Shown: in pieces, positions 32,335-41,113 of the stretch
Position numbering within the stretch: the stretch's first letter is position 1
How the letters are laid out: each line of letters starts with the position of its first letter
Virus record (IMG/VR): IMGVR_UViG_3300034146_000006
Coordinates: 1-46,420 of that record
Reading direction: 5' to 3' (one strand)
DNA length: 46,420 bases
Source of the DNA: a virus
Made by a program: the position numbers and the translations under genes
The notes under the pieces: model-generated
The model's input: the letters and a program-made list of their open reading frames with translations, nothing else
Databases searched by the model: none
What the model was told of the DNA's origin: nothing

Positions 32335-32823
32335 ATGAGTACACAAAACAAAGAACTAGAACTGATGCAGGGAAGTATCGAGCGGACTATCACGGTCGAT
32401 GTGATGACCCGCAAGGTGGCTACTGCCGAGAACGGTGCAAAGACCGAAGTGGGCGTACCTAAGAAGGTGTTCGTTCGACCGTTACCGATGCGCCGGTGGG
32501 TACAAGCCCTGAGCTATATGACCGCAGTGTTAGGCAACCTGCCGAGCACGAGCCTCGACCTCAGTGATCCGATGAAGATGTCGATCTGGATCATTCACGT
32601 CCTCGGCAAAATCCCGGATGAGATTTTCGGATTGCTCGAACTCGCCACAGACGAACCGGCAGAATTCTTCGACACGATCGACTTGGATGACGGAGTGAAT
32701 GTCGTGATGGCGGTGGTCAAGGTCAACAAGGATTTTTTCGTCCAGAAGGTGTTGCCAATGCTCTCGGAAGTAGCACCGAGTCTAAAGGAAACAGTGGAGA
32801 GCACACTTGGTCAGACGCAATAA
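32335..32823 (+). CDS. Tail assembly chaperone (G-like, zero-frame product)
   Basis: 162 aa from the ATG at 32335; the track start at 32269 is a GTG inside a hairpin. Acidic, and lies upstream of the tape measure. Confidence 0.8.
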   Translation: MSTQNKELELMQGSIERTITVDVMTRKVATAENGAKTEVGVPKKVFVRPLPMRRWVQALSYMTAVLGNLPSTSLDLSDPMKMSIWIIHVLGKIPDEIFGLLELATDEPAEFFDTIDLDDGVNVVMAVVKVNKDFFVQKVLPMLSEVAPSLKETVESTLGQTQ

Positions 32824-33026
32824 CCCTGCTACTCAGCGTCGGGCATCGGTGGGCTGATATTCAGGATTACACCATCGGACAGTTTCAGGTCTTTACCTCG
32901 GCGGCAATCAGACTCAGGACACAGGAACAAGCGGCACTTATAAGTAGCGTATTTGTCGGCGCGCAAGGGTCACAGAAAAACGTCCAAGAGACGGTGAAGA
33001 AGGTCAATAAGGAAGCGAATGGCTAA
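32335..33026 (+). CDS. Tail assembly chaperone frameshift product (GT-like; join 32335..32739, 32739..33026)
   Basis: The -1 extension encodes ...HTWSDAITLLLSVGHRWADIQDYTIGQFQVFTSAAIRL... and ends overlapping the tape-measure ATG at 33019. Confidence 0.6.
32733..32739 (+). promoter_or_regulatory. -1 programmed frameshift slippery heptamer T_TTT_TTC
   Basis: The zero frame reads GAT TTT TTC. The -1 frame is open from 32691 to the TAA at 33024-33026 with no ATG, GTG or TTG of its own. Confidence 0.65.
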
Positions 33027-36000
33027 GGTTGAACAAGAAGTAGTCGTCAAAATTAAGACTATCATTGATGGTCTTAACGAGGTCAAAGCGTACGCCGACA
33101 CGGTGAAAAACATCGGACGGGGAAGCGCTAAATCTCTGACGAGTGACTTCCTGAAAGGGGGAGCGGCGGCAGGTGTCGCTAACGCCGCAGTCAACCGGCT
33201 ATTGAACGGACTGGAACGACTCGGAAGCGTTGGGGTGGATGCCATTACCTCATTTGTTGCGGAAGGTATTCGCTTCAACGCTACGATCGAGTCCGCGCGA
33301 ATCGGTATAGCAACGCTCGTCGCGAACACTTACGATGTCCGAGACGCGCAGGGAACCTTACTTCAACCCGTCGATGCCTTCAACGCTTCGTTGGAGAAGT
33401 CCGAAGAACTTGAGCGCGCGATCCAGAAGGCGGCGATCTTAACGAAGTTCGAGTTCCAAGACGTACTCGCGTTCTTCAACTCGACGGTCATCGCATCGGC
33501 CGGGCTTAACACGAACCTAGAACAGTTGGTGCGTCTGACGCAGGACTTCGCTCTTGCCGCAGGCGCCGCTAACGTCCCGGTCGAGCAGGTCAATACGGGT
33601 ATCAAGCAAATCCTCACGGGCTACACGACCGTTAGGAACCCGTTGGCTCGTGTGCTTTTCCCCGGTGAAGGGACGCGCGCGATCAACGATCAGATCAAGA
33701 AGTACAAGGAAGCCGGGACGCTCGTAGACTTCCTTGAGAAGAAGTTGGCGGTGTTCCGGCTCTCAGCCGATCAGGTGGGGCAGTCGTTCGAGGCTGTTAG
33801 CTCCAACGCTACGGACGCGCTCAAAGTGTTCGAGGCGATCGCGACACTCCCACTATTCAATAAGATCAAGGAAGCGCTCGGCTTCATCATCCGTCAGGTA
33901 GTTGACCTTAACGGCGATGCGGTCAAGCTGACACCGACGTTCCAGAAGATCGCAGACATCACCGCGACGATTCTTGGCTTTCTCGGTGATCGAATGCTTG
34001 AGGCGGTCAGAGCGATCTTCGGCGGCATCGCAGAGTGGGCAGACTACCTCTATCAGAATCGGGACGCGATGTTCCAGATTCTCGCGAACGTGTACGCGAT
34101 AGCCGAACAAATCGCGCTCATCGCTGTTGACCTTATCTCGATCGTAGGCGATGCCGGGACTGCCGGGGTGCGCACGACGAGTTGGGCTGACGCCACAGGC
34201 AAGGTAGCCATCTTCGTCGGTTTCATACGTGACCTGCTTAACGTCATCATCGGCTCGATCGAAGTGATCGTCGCCGTTGGGTTGGTGGGTGTAGGAACAG
34301 GGATGAGCCTGATCGGGAATACCCTTCAGAGCATCATCGACAAGACCGGGGCGTGGCTGAATATGCTCATCCCCGGCGCACAGCTCATCGCATCTGTCCT
34401 ATCGACCGTGGGTAGTGGAATGACGGCGGCAGGCGGCTCGTTTGCAGGCACCGGACTCGACCGCTTCACATCAGGTTGGGACGGCTCGGCGACCGGCGAT
34501 GCATTAAACAGAATGGCGCAAGCCACGAACGCGATGGCTAATCGAGCGACGAAGCCTTATTCCTTCAGTGCCCGTCCTAGCAGTGGGTCGGGAGCCGGTG
34601 GTAAGGGTGACGGCGGCAAGGCAGGACGTAAGCGCGCAGAGGACGATCGCAGACGGGATGCACAGCGTCTCTTTGATGAGATCGAGAAGTATCAGATCGC
34701 GAGCGCGGAGAGAACCCTTCAGATCGCCACCGAGTCGAACAAGGCTCTATTGGAGATCGAGCAACAGCGCTACGAGAAGGGCATCCTTTCTGCCGAGGAC
34801 TACTACAGGCGCAAAGCAGAGATCGAGAACACCGACCTCGACAATCAGGTTTTCAACCTTAAGAGGCAGAGCGAGTTTGCGGAACAGGCTCTTAACCGCG
34901 ACCTCGGAGCGATTGCCGGTCAGTTCCGTATCACGAACGAGGAAGTTTCCGAGATCATCGAGAAGATCAAGGGACTGACCGAGACGCCCGGCGCTCTTGA
35001 GGGTGCCGACAAGACAACCCTGAAGCAGGCGATCGAGTACACCAAGTACCTCGAACAGACCGCCGCTATCACGCAAAAGCTGACGCTCATCGAGCAGAAG
35101 CGTAAGAACATCCAAGCGGACACCACCTTCGCGACGGAGAAGCAGGCGCGCGCTAACAAGACCTTGTTCGACGGGCTTGCCGCAGAGTTTGGTGACGCGT
35201 CCGGCAGTAGCGGCCTTGGCGAGCTTCACAACCTGCAAAAGCGCGTAGCTGACGAGTTCCCGCGCATCCTGACTGAGACAAACAAGACTCTACCCGGCAT
35301 CAAGGAATTTGCGAACGAGGTGTACGACGCCGCGCACGTAGACGCTTCGAGGCTACCTGAGCTTTTGAAAGAGTCCGGTATCGAGTTCGACTTGCTGTCC
35401 GACGAGGCACGGCTATTCGTCAAGCTTATGGAGAGGCTTCAGAACCTCGCCCGGATCAAGACGGTGGGTGCGTCCGTAGACAGGGCGAACTCGGCGCTTA
35501 AGTTCGCGACGGACGGCACGGAAACCGACTTCGACAACGGGAAGATCAACCTCGCGACCGCTTTGACGCAGACTACAAGTGCGAAGGTTACGGCGGTCAA
35601 GGCTCTCACGGCGGCGTACAACGAGCAGAAGATCATCCTGACCGACCTTCAGGCGAAGGGGATCGCAACCCCGGAAGATATTCAGAGCGTCGAGGCTTTA
35701 CAGCGTGCTATCAACGCTCTAAACAGCGACCTCGATAAGTTAGCGCTCATCACAACTCAGGGAGATCGTGACGGCAGTAGGTTCTCGTCGGCAGTAACAG
35801 AAGTCGATCTTCGCCGGGAGTCAGGCGAACTTTCTTCGAGGCGCGCGAAAGAGCAGACTCTTGCACTTCAACTTCAGCAGATCGCGGCACTACAGGAAGA
35901 ACTCGCGGCGCTTCTCAGACTCGATCAGACGAACACGCAGGTTCAGCAAAAGGTCGCCGAAACGCGGATCAGACTTGGAGAACTGCGCAACGAAACGAAC

Positions 36001-36609
36001 GCCGACTTCATCAGCTTCGCGCAGGGCGTGAACGGCACGATCGGTAGCGCGTTCTCTACTTTCGTGGACTCGATTCAGGACGGCACACAGAGCATCGGCG
36101 AGTCGTTCAAAGGGTTGTTGTCGGGTCTGTTGCTCGGTATCGCAAAGGCGATCGCGCAGGCACTACTTCTCAAGTTCGTGCTTGCACCGCTCGGACTCAC
36201 TGGTGGGGACTCAGGCGGCATCGGCGGCTTGCTGAGTGGACTTATAACCGGCAAGAAGGCTGACGGCGGCATCATCAGTGGCGGCGGTACAGGCGTCTCG
36301 GACTCCGCAGGTCTGTTCGCACTCTCTCACGGTGAAGGTGTGATCCCCGCTCGACGCGTCCGGCAGTACGGCTTAGGCTTCGTCAACTCGATCATTAACG
36401 GATCGTTCCTTCCCCGTGTATCGTCCGGCAACTTCGCGAACGGCGGCTTCCCGTCAGGCGTGGTAGAAGGCGGTCGAGGCGGCGGCACGCGGATCATCAA
36501 CACACTCGATCCAAATCTAGTCTCTGACTTTATGTCGAGCGCACAGGGCGAGGAAATCATCGTCAACGTCATCGGTAAGAATCAGGGCTTGTTGCAGAGG
36601 TTAGCTTAA
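33019..36609 (+). CDS. Tape measure protein
   Basis: 1196 aa, helical/coiled-coil, with hydrophobic central segments and a Gly-rich C-terminus. Confidence 0.95.
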   Translation: MAKVEQEVVVKIKTIIDGLNEVKAYADTVKNIGRGSAKSLTSDFLKGGAAAGVANAAVNRLLNGLERLGSVGVDAITSFVAEGIRFNATIESARIGIATLVANTYDVRDAQGTLLQPVDAFNASLEKSEELERAIQKAAILTKFEFQDVLAFFNSTVIASAGLNTNLEQLVRLTQDFALAAGAANVPVEQVNTGIKQILTGYTTVRNPLARVLFPGEGTRAINDQIKKYKEAGTLVDFLEKKLAVFRLSADQVGQSFEAVSSNATDALKVFEAIATLPLFNKIKEALGFIIRQVVDLNGDAVKLTPTFQKIADITATILGFLGDRMLEAVRAIFGGIAEWADYLYQNRDAMFQILANVYAIAEQIALIAVDLISIVGDAGTAGVRTTSWADATGKVAIFVGFIRDLLNVIIGSIEVIVAVGLVGVGTGMSLIGNTLQSIIDKTGAWLNMLIPGAQLIASVLSTVGSGMTAAGGSFAGTGLDRFTSGWDGSATGDALNRMAQATNAMANRATKPYSFSARPSSGSGAGGKGDGGKAGRKRAEDDRRRDAQRLFDEIEKYQIASAERTLQIATESNKALLEIEQQRYEKGILSAEDYYRRKAEIENTDLDNQVFNLKRQSEFAEQALNRDLGAIAGQFRITNEEVSEIIEKIKGLTETPGALEGADKTTLKQAIEYTKYLEQTAAITQKLTLIEQKRKNIQADTTFATEKQARANKTLFDGLAAEFGDASGSSGLGELHNLQKRVADEFPRILTETNKTLPGIKEFANEVYDAAHVDASRLPELLKESGIEFDLLSDEARLFVKLMERLQNLARIKTVGASVDRANSALKFATDGTETDFDNGKINLATALTQTTSAKVTAVKALTAAYNEQKIILTDLQAKGIATPEDIQSVEALQRAINALNSDLDKLALITTQGDRDGSRFSSAVTEVDLRRESGELSSRRAKEQTLALQLQQIAALQEELAALLRLDQTNTQVQQKVAETRIRLGELRNETNADFISFAQGVNGTIGSAFSTFVDSIQDGTQSIGESFKGLLSGLLLGIAKAIAQALLLKFVLAPLGLTGGDSGGIGGLLSGLITGKKADGGIISGGGTGVSDSAGLFALSHGEGVIPARRVRQYGLGFVNSIINGSFLPRVSSGNFANGGFPSGVVEGGRGGGTRIINTLDPNLVSDFMSSAQGEEIIVNVIGKNQGLLQRLA

Positions 36610-36611
36610 CT

Positions 36612-37526
36612 ATGGCAGTCGAAATTTCTAACGGGACTACAGTACCCCACGCGACGGGACACGCAGACTTGCTCGACAAACTCAAAATCTTCGCGCTCGC
36701 TAACGCGTGGACGGCGCTTGAGGATACGAGCGACAAGCTCGTCCTTCAGGGTGAGGGATCGGGTACAGACGAGATCATCGTCGCTATTCAGAAATACGCG
36801 AACGTAGGCGCGGATAGTTACGGGTGGAAGCTTAACGGCTACACCGGCTATCAGAGCGGACTTACGTTCTACAATCAGCCGGGCGCATTCTCGACCACAC
36901 AGATCGGCGGTGCAGGCGCAATCGCGTTACCTCTGTGGGACGGCGAGATACCGTACTGGTTCGTCGTCAGTGGGCGCAGGATCATCATCATCGCAAAGGT
37001 GTCCACCACGTATCAGGCTTGCTACCTCGGCTTCTACCTACCGTATGCTTCGCCGAACCAGTACCCCTACCCGCTAGCGATTGGCGGCGCATACGTCGGG
37101 AACGCTTCGCAGACAACTCCACGATGGTCGAATACAGGCGGCACGGCGAGCAACTTCTGGACGTGGCTTAACGGTGCCGGGGTAAGTTCGATGATGGTGC
37201 GTCTGCCCGGTGGATCGTGGTATAGCGATGTCAACAACATCACGAGCTTCAGCACAGGCATCTTTCCTTATAACCAAGCGGATGCGGGGTTGATGCGGCA
37301 GGCGCTTGACGACTCACCAATCCTAACCAAGACCGAGATTCAGCAGTACACGGGCACACCGAGCGTCTACCACAACAGGCTCGGAGAGATCGACGGCGTG
37401 CTCCACGTCTCAGGCTTCGGGCAGTCCGCAGAGGACGTGGTGACCGTGGATGGCGACGACTACCTCATTGTCCCCAACGTGTACCGATCGGGAGTTACAG
37501 ATTACGCGGCTATCAAATTGGACTAA
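36612..37526 (+). CDS. Tail-tip associated protein, paralog A
   Basis: 304 aa. Shares DLLxKLxxF...WTA, IPxY.F.S...LGF and LGE..GV motifs with the next gene. Confidence 0.85.
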   Translation: MAVEISNGTTVPHATGHADLLDKLKIFALANAWTALEDTSDKLVLQGEGSGTDEIIVAIQKYANVGADSYGWKLNGYTGYQSGLTFYNQPGAFSTTQIGGAGAIALPLWDGEIPYWFVVSGRRIIIIAKVSTTYQACYLGFYLPYASPNQYPYPLAIGGAYVGNASQTTPRWSNTGGTASNFWTWLNGAGVSSMMVRLPGGSWYSDVNNITSFSTGIFPYNQADAGLMRQALDDSPILTKTEIQQYTGTPSVYHNRLGEIDGVLHVSGFGQSAEDVVTVDGDDYLIVPNVYRSGVTDYAAIKLD

Positions 37527-37531
37527 GACTT

Positions 37532-38524
37532 ATGTACGAGACAGGTTCAGCATCGGGGGTCGTTGACCTTCTAACGAAACTTCAAGAGTTCTTGGTGGAC
37601 GCGGGGTGGACAGCGAGCGCCCCATCCGCAGAGGGAGCAGGCGCACGTCTACACGCGGCATTGGGCGGCGTCCACTTTAACGCGCGCGCGTATGTAGCGG
37701 AGACGCCTAGCGCCGCGATCCGGGGAGCGAGCGGAAGCAGTACCGCCCTCGCGTTCAACCTGAGCACGGCAAGCACGGGCGGGGCGGCTTGGTTCGATAA
37801 AACCGGCACACCCGTAGACGGCTCAGGCTTGTACCACACAGCCGGGATGAACGGTATAACGGGAGCGATCCCCACCTATCATTTCTTCTCTCAAAATGCA
37901 GGCGCGTCAATCCTTGTGGTTGTCGAGTACGCATCGGGGTACTTCCAGATGCTCGGCTTCGGTACGCTGAACAAGTACGGCGCATACACGGGGGGCACCT
38001 ACTTCTTCGGATCGCGAACCGGCGTGGATAACCTCGCATCCTCTAACGCAGGGTGGATTCCGGCTGTCGGCTTCTTCTCGCATCATTCCACATCCGGGCA
38101 GAACTCAGCCCCGTCGTTCGTGTCCCTCACCGTGGATGCCGAGACAGGGTGGCACTGGTCAGGTTCTTACGATGCCGGGCGCGATACAACCAAGCGCTAC
38201 GTCCGTTGCAACCTCGAACGATATCGCACTACGCTCCCGAATCAGCCGAACTCTCTGAACGACCTCACGGTACTAATGCCGGTCATCCCCACCGTTGAAC
38301 GAGAGATCATCGCGGGTCACACCGCAGAGCGCTTGTCCCCGATCGGGGAGTTGCCGGGCGTTTACTACCTGCGCCTAAAGAACCTCGTGCCCGGACAGCA
38401 GGTTGTGTTGGGTAGTGACGAGTATCGCGTTTTCCCGTTCTTCAGAAAGACGGACGGCGTGAGCGAACCGTCATCCGCAGGCGTCGGTCACTCAGCCGAT
38501 TGGGGCTTTGCCGTAAAGGAATAA
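37532..38524 (+). CDS. Tail-tip associated protein, paralog B
   Basis: 330 aa. See paralog A. Confidence 0.85.
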   Translation: MYETGSASGVVDLLTKLQEFLVDAGWTASAPSAEGAGARLHAALGGVHFNARAYVAETPSAAIRGASGSSTALAFNLSTASTGGAAWFDKTGTPVDGSGLYHTAGMNGITGAIPTYHFFSQNAGASILVVVEYASGYFQMLGFGTLNKYGAYTGGTYFFGSRTGVDNLASSNAGWIPAVGFFSHHSTSGQNSAPSFVSLTVDAETGWHWSGSYDAGRDTTKRYVRCNLERYRTTLPNQPNSLNDLTVLMPVIPTVEREIIAGHTAERLSPIGELPGVYYLRLKNLVPGQQVVLGSDEYRVFPFFRKTDGVSEPSSAGVGHSADWGFAVKE

Positions 38525-38527
38525 ACT

Positions 38528-40207
38528 ATGCCTGTCGTCTCGTCCGCATTCCAACACACCCTTGGTGGAATAGGCGGCTCAACAAATCTCGATGATTACG
38601 CAGTAGATCACGACTACGTGTTTGTGGTTGGAGATGATCCGTTCACAGGCACTGTCGCTTCTGCGGAGCCGGTTGAGATCGCATCGGACGTGGACGACGG
38701 TATTCTCGGCACGTGGTTCTCAGACCTCTACTACCACCGCATCTGGCTCATCGAGAAGCACACCGACCTCGGCAACCTTCTAGCGGATCAGGAACGCACG
38801 ATCGAGGTATGGAACGCGCACTTCACCGACAAGACGATCAGCCAGTTCGACGTGACGGGCGACATTGAGGTTGACGGCTTGGCGTCGGTAACGCTTAACC
38901 CGCTTGAGTCCACCTTATACACGGTGTCGATTCCGCTTGTCGGCGCACCCACGCTTGAGGCGACGATCGTATGGACGTTCGCCGATGCGGAGAAAGCCAC
39001 GTTCACGGCGACGATCGTAGGTACACGCGTTATCCCGTTCGCGCTTCGTCATAATTGGGCGTCCCCTGTCTTAGAGCAGATCAGTTTCAAGACGGACGTG
39101 CTCGGTGCGATCTCAGGTAAAGAACAGCGCATCGGTTTAATGTCCGACCCAAGACGCCGCGTGGAAATGACGTACCTGACACTCACTGCGCTAGACCGGG
39201 CGTACCTTGAGAATGTGCTGTACGGGTGGCAAGGCAGGTCGTACGCACTACCTTTGTGGTCGGACGTGACCCGCATCCGCGCGGCGACAACGGAAGGTGC
39301 AACGGTATTCGACGTGGACACCACGACGCGTGACTTCGACATCGGTGGGTTGCTGTTCGTCACCAATGGCGTTCACCACGACACGCTAGAGATAATCGAC
39401 CTAGACGAAGATTCGGTCACGACCAAGACCGGGGCGCTGAATACATACAACGAAGGCGCCAAAATCGCCCCCGCACGTCTCGCAGTTCTTGAGAGCAAGT
39501 TTGACCTGTCCCGGCTGACGAATCAGATCGAGGATGTGCGACTCGCGTGGGCGCTACTGGCAGATCAGGTGAGCACGAATCGCCGCGTGAGCTACACCCC
39601 GGTTACGTATCGCGACGTTGAGGTCTACAACGTCAGCAACGACTACTCCGAAGCGATTGGCATCACGCAGACTATCGCTGAAGAAATGAGCGACAACGGT
39701 ACGGGTATCTTCCGCAAGCTCTCAATCGGCGATCAGTACCCACGGCGCACATATCCGTTCCGTGAGTTAAAGAGCCGGGATCAGTTAGGGCAGTTCATCG
39801 AATGGGTATATCGACGTAAGGGCAAGCTGAACCCGTTTTGGTTTGTCGAACGCGTCCCATCCTTCTTCCTACACGCGGACGCTACGGATACGGACACCAC
39901 CTTCGTCGTCAAGACCGGCGGCTACACTCAGTTCTCGTTCCCTTCACAGGCTCGCCGCGACATCGCGATTCTTACGAGCGCGGGTTGGCGGTACAGACGG
40001 ATCACCGGGTCTGCACTGAATGGCGACGGTACCGAAACGATCACGTTAGACACGAGCCTCGGCGTCGATCTAATTGCGAGCGATAACCCGATGATGTCGT
40101 TCCTAAAGTTCGTGCGTCTTGAGCAGGACTTGATCGAGCTTTCGTACGAGAGCGCCGGGGTCATCAAAACAGCCACATCATTCATCGACCTGCTAACGAA
40201 TAACTAA
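38528..40207 (+). CDS. Distal tail / tail-tip protein (GTA g12-like core, tentative)
   Basis: 559 aa. Contains ISGKEQRIGLMSDPRRRVEMTYL...WQGRSYALPLWSD. Confidence 0.85.
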   Translation: MPVVSSAFQHTLGGIGGSTNLDDYAVDHDYVFVVGDDPFTGTVASAEPVEIASDVDDGILGTWFSDLYYHRIWLIEKHTDLGNLLADQERTIEVWNAHFTDKTISQFDVTGDIEVDGLASVTLNPLESTLYTVSIPLVGAPTLEATIVWTFADAEKATFTATIVGTRVIPFALRHNWASPVLEQISFKTDVLGAISGKEQRIGLMSDPRRRVEMTYLTLTALDRAYLENVLYGWQGRSYALPLWSDVTRIRAATTEGATVFDVDTTTRDFDIGGLLFVTNGVHHDTLEIIDLDEDSVTTKTGALNTYNEGAKIAPARLAVLESKFDLSRLTNQIEDVRLAWALLADQVSTNRRVSYTPVTYRDVEVYNVSNDYSEAIGITQTIAEEMSDNGTGIFRKLSIGDQYPRRTYPFRELKSRDQLGQFIEWVYRRKGKLNPFWFVERVPSFFLHADATDTDTTFVVKTGGYTQFSFPSQARRDIAILTSAGWRYRRITGSALNGDGTETITLDTSLGVDLIASDNPMMSFLKFVRLEQDLIELSYESAGVIKTATSFIDLLTNN

Positions 40208-41005
40208 ATGTCCTTTGAATCAATCGAGACAAGTGAGTACGACAACGAGCCACGCGAACTGTACTGGTTTATGCGCGGGTCGCAGTCGTGGACATACACA
40301 TCCGGTCAGCACCGCGTGAACTTCGAGGGGCAGACCTTCGCACCTGTAGACGGGTTAAGCCGTAGTAGCGTGCGGGATAGTAAAGAGCGCTCCCGCAGTC
40401 AGATGACAGTTTCGATGCCGCGAGATATAGAGGTCGCTCAGATGTTCGTCGGCATCCCGGACACGCAAGCAATGTGGCTGTACCTATACCGCATCCACGA
40501 TGGAGAGACAGAGTACCGTTTATCGTGGCAAGGTCGCGTCCGCTACAACGAGTTCCAAGGCACCGGCGCAAAGCTTACCCTCGACAACATCTTGACCTCG
40601 ACCAAGAAGTCCGCGCTGAGACATCTATTTCAGAATCAGTGCAACCACTTCACCTTCGACGCAAACTGCGGACTCAGCGAAGCGACGTACTCGACAGATG
40701 ACGTAGCGATCACCGACATCGACGGGAACTTCCTCGAAGTCGCGGACTCGCAGGCGGCAGGGTACTACAGGGCGGGTCAGGTAAAGCGCGCTAACGGCGA
40801 TCGCCGCTTCATTGTCGCTAACACGAAGGCGTCCGGCGTCCATACGTTTGAATTACTAACCCCGTTTGAGGACTTGGAAATCGGTGAGGAAGTCACCATC
40901 ATAGGCGGCGCGTGCCTTCATACTTTCGCGACCTGCCCGATTCAAGTGAACTACGGCGGGTTCCCCAAGGTTCCCCGAAAAAACCCGTTCAAGTCGTTCC
41001 ATTAA
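40208..41005 (+). CDS. Tail-tip protein, DUF2163-like with BR0599-type C-terminal motif
   Basis: 265 aa. N-terminus EPRELYWFMRGSQSWTYTSG. C-terminus GGACLHTFATCPIQVNYGGFPKVPRKNPF. Confidence 0.9.
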   Translation: MSFESIETSEYDNEPRELYWFMRGSQSWTYTSGQHRVNFEGQTFAPVDGLSRSSVRDSKERSRSQMTVSMPRDIEVAQMFVGIPDTQAMWLYLYRIHDGETEYRLSWQGRVRYNEFQGTGAKLTLDNILTSTKKSALRHLFQNQCNHFTFDANCGLSEATYSTDDVAITDIDGNFLEVADSQAAGYYRAGQVKRANGDRRFIVANTKASGVHTFELLTPFEDLEIGEEVTIIGGACLHTFATCPIQVNYGGFPKVPRKNPFKSFH

Positions 41006-41113
41006 GAGAGGTAACTAGCCATCGCATTCCCTTGGATTTCATTAGCAATTTCGATTGGGTTCACTTATCTCGGTCAGCTTCTCACAAAGCGCCCGAAGCA
41101 GAAGGACTCAGGC

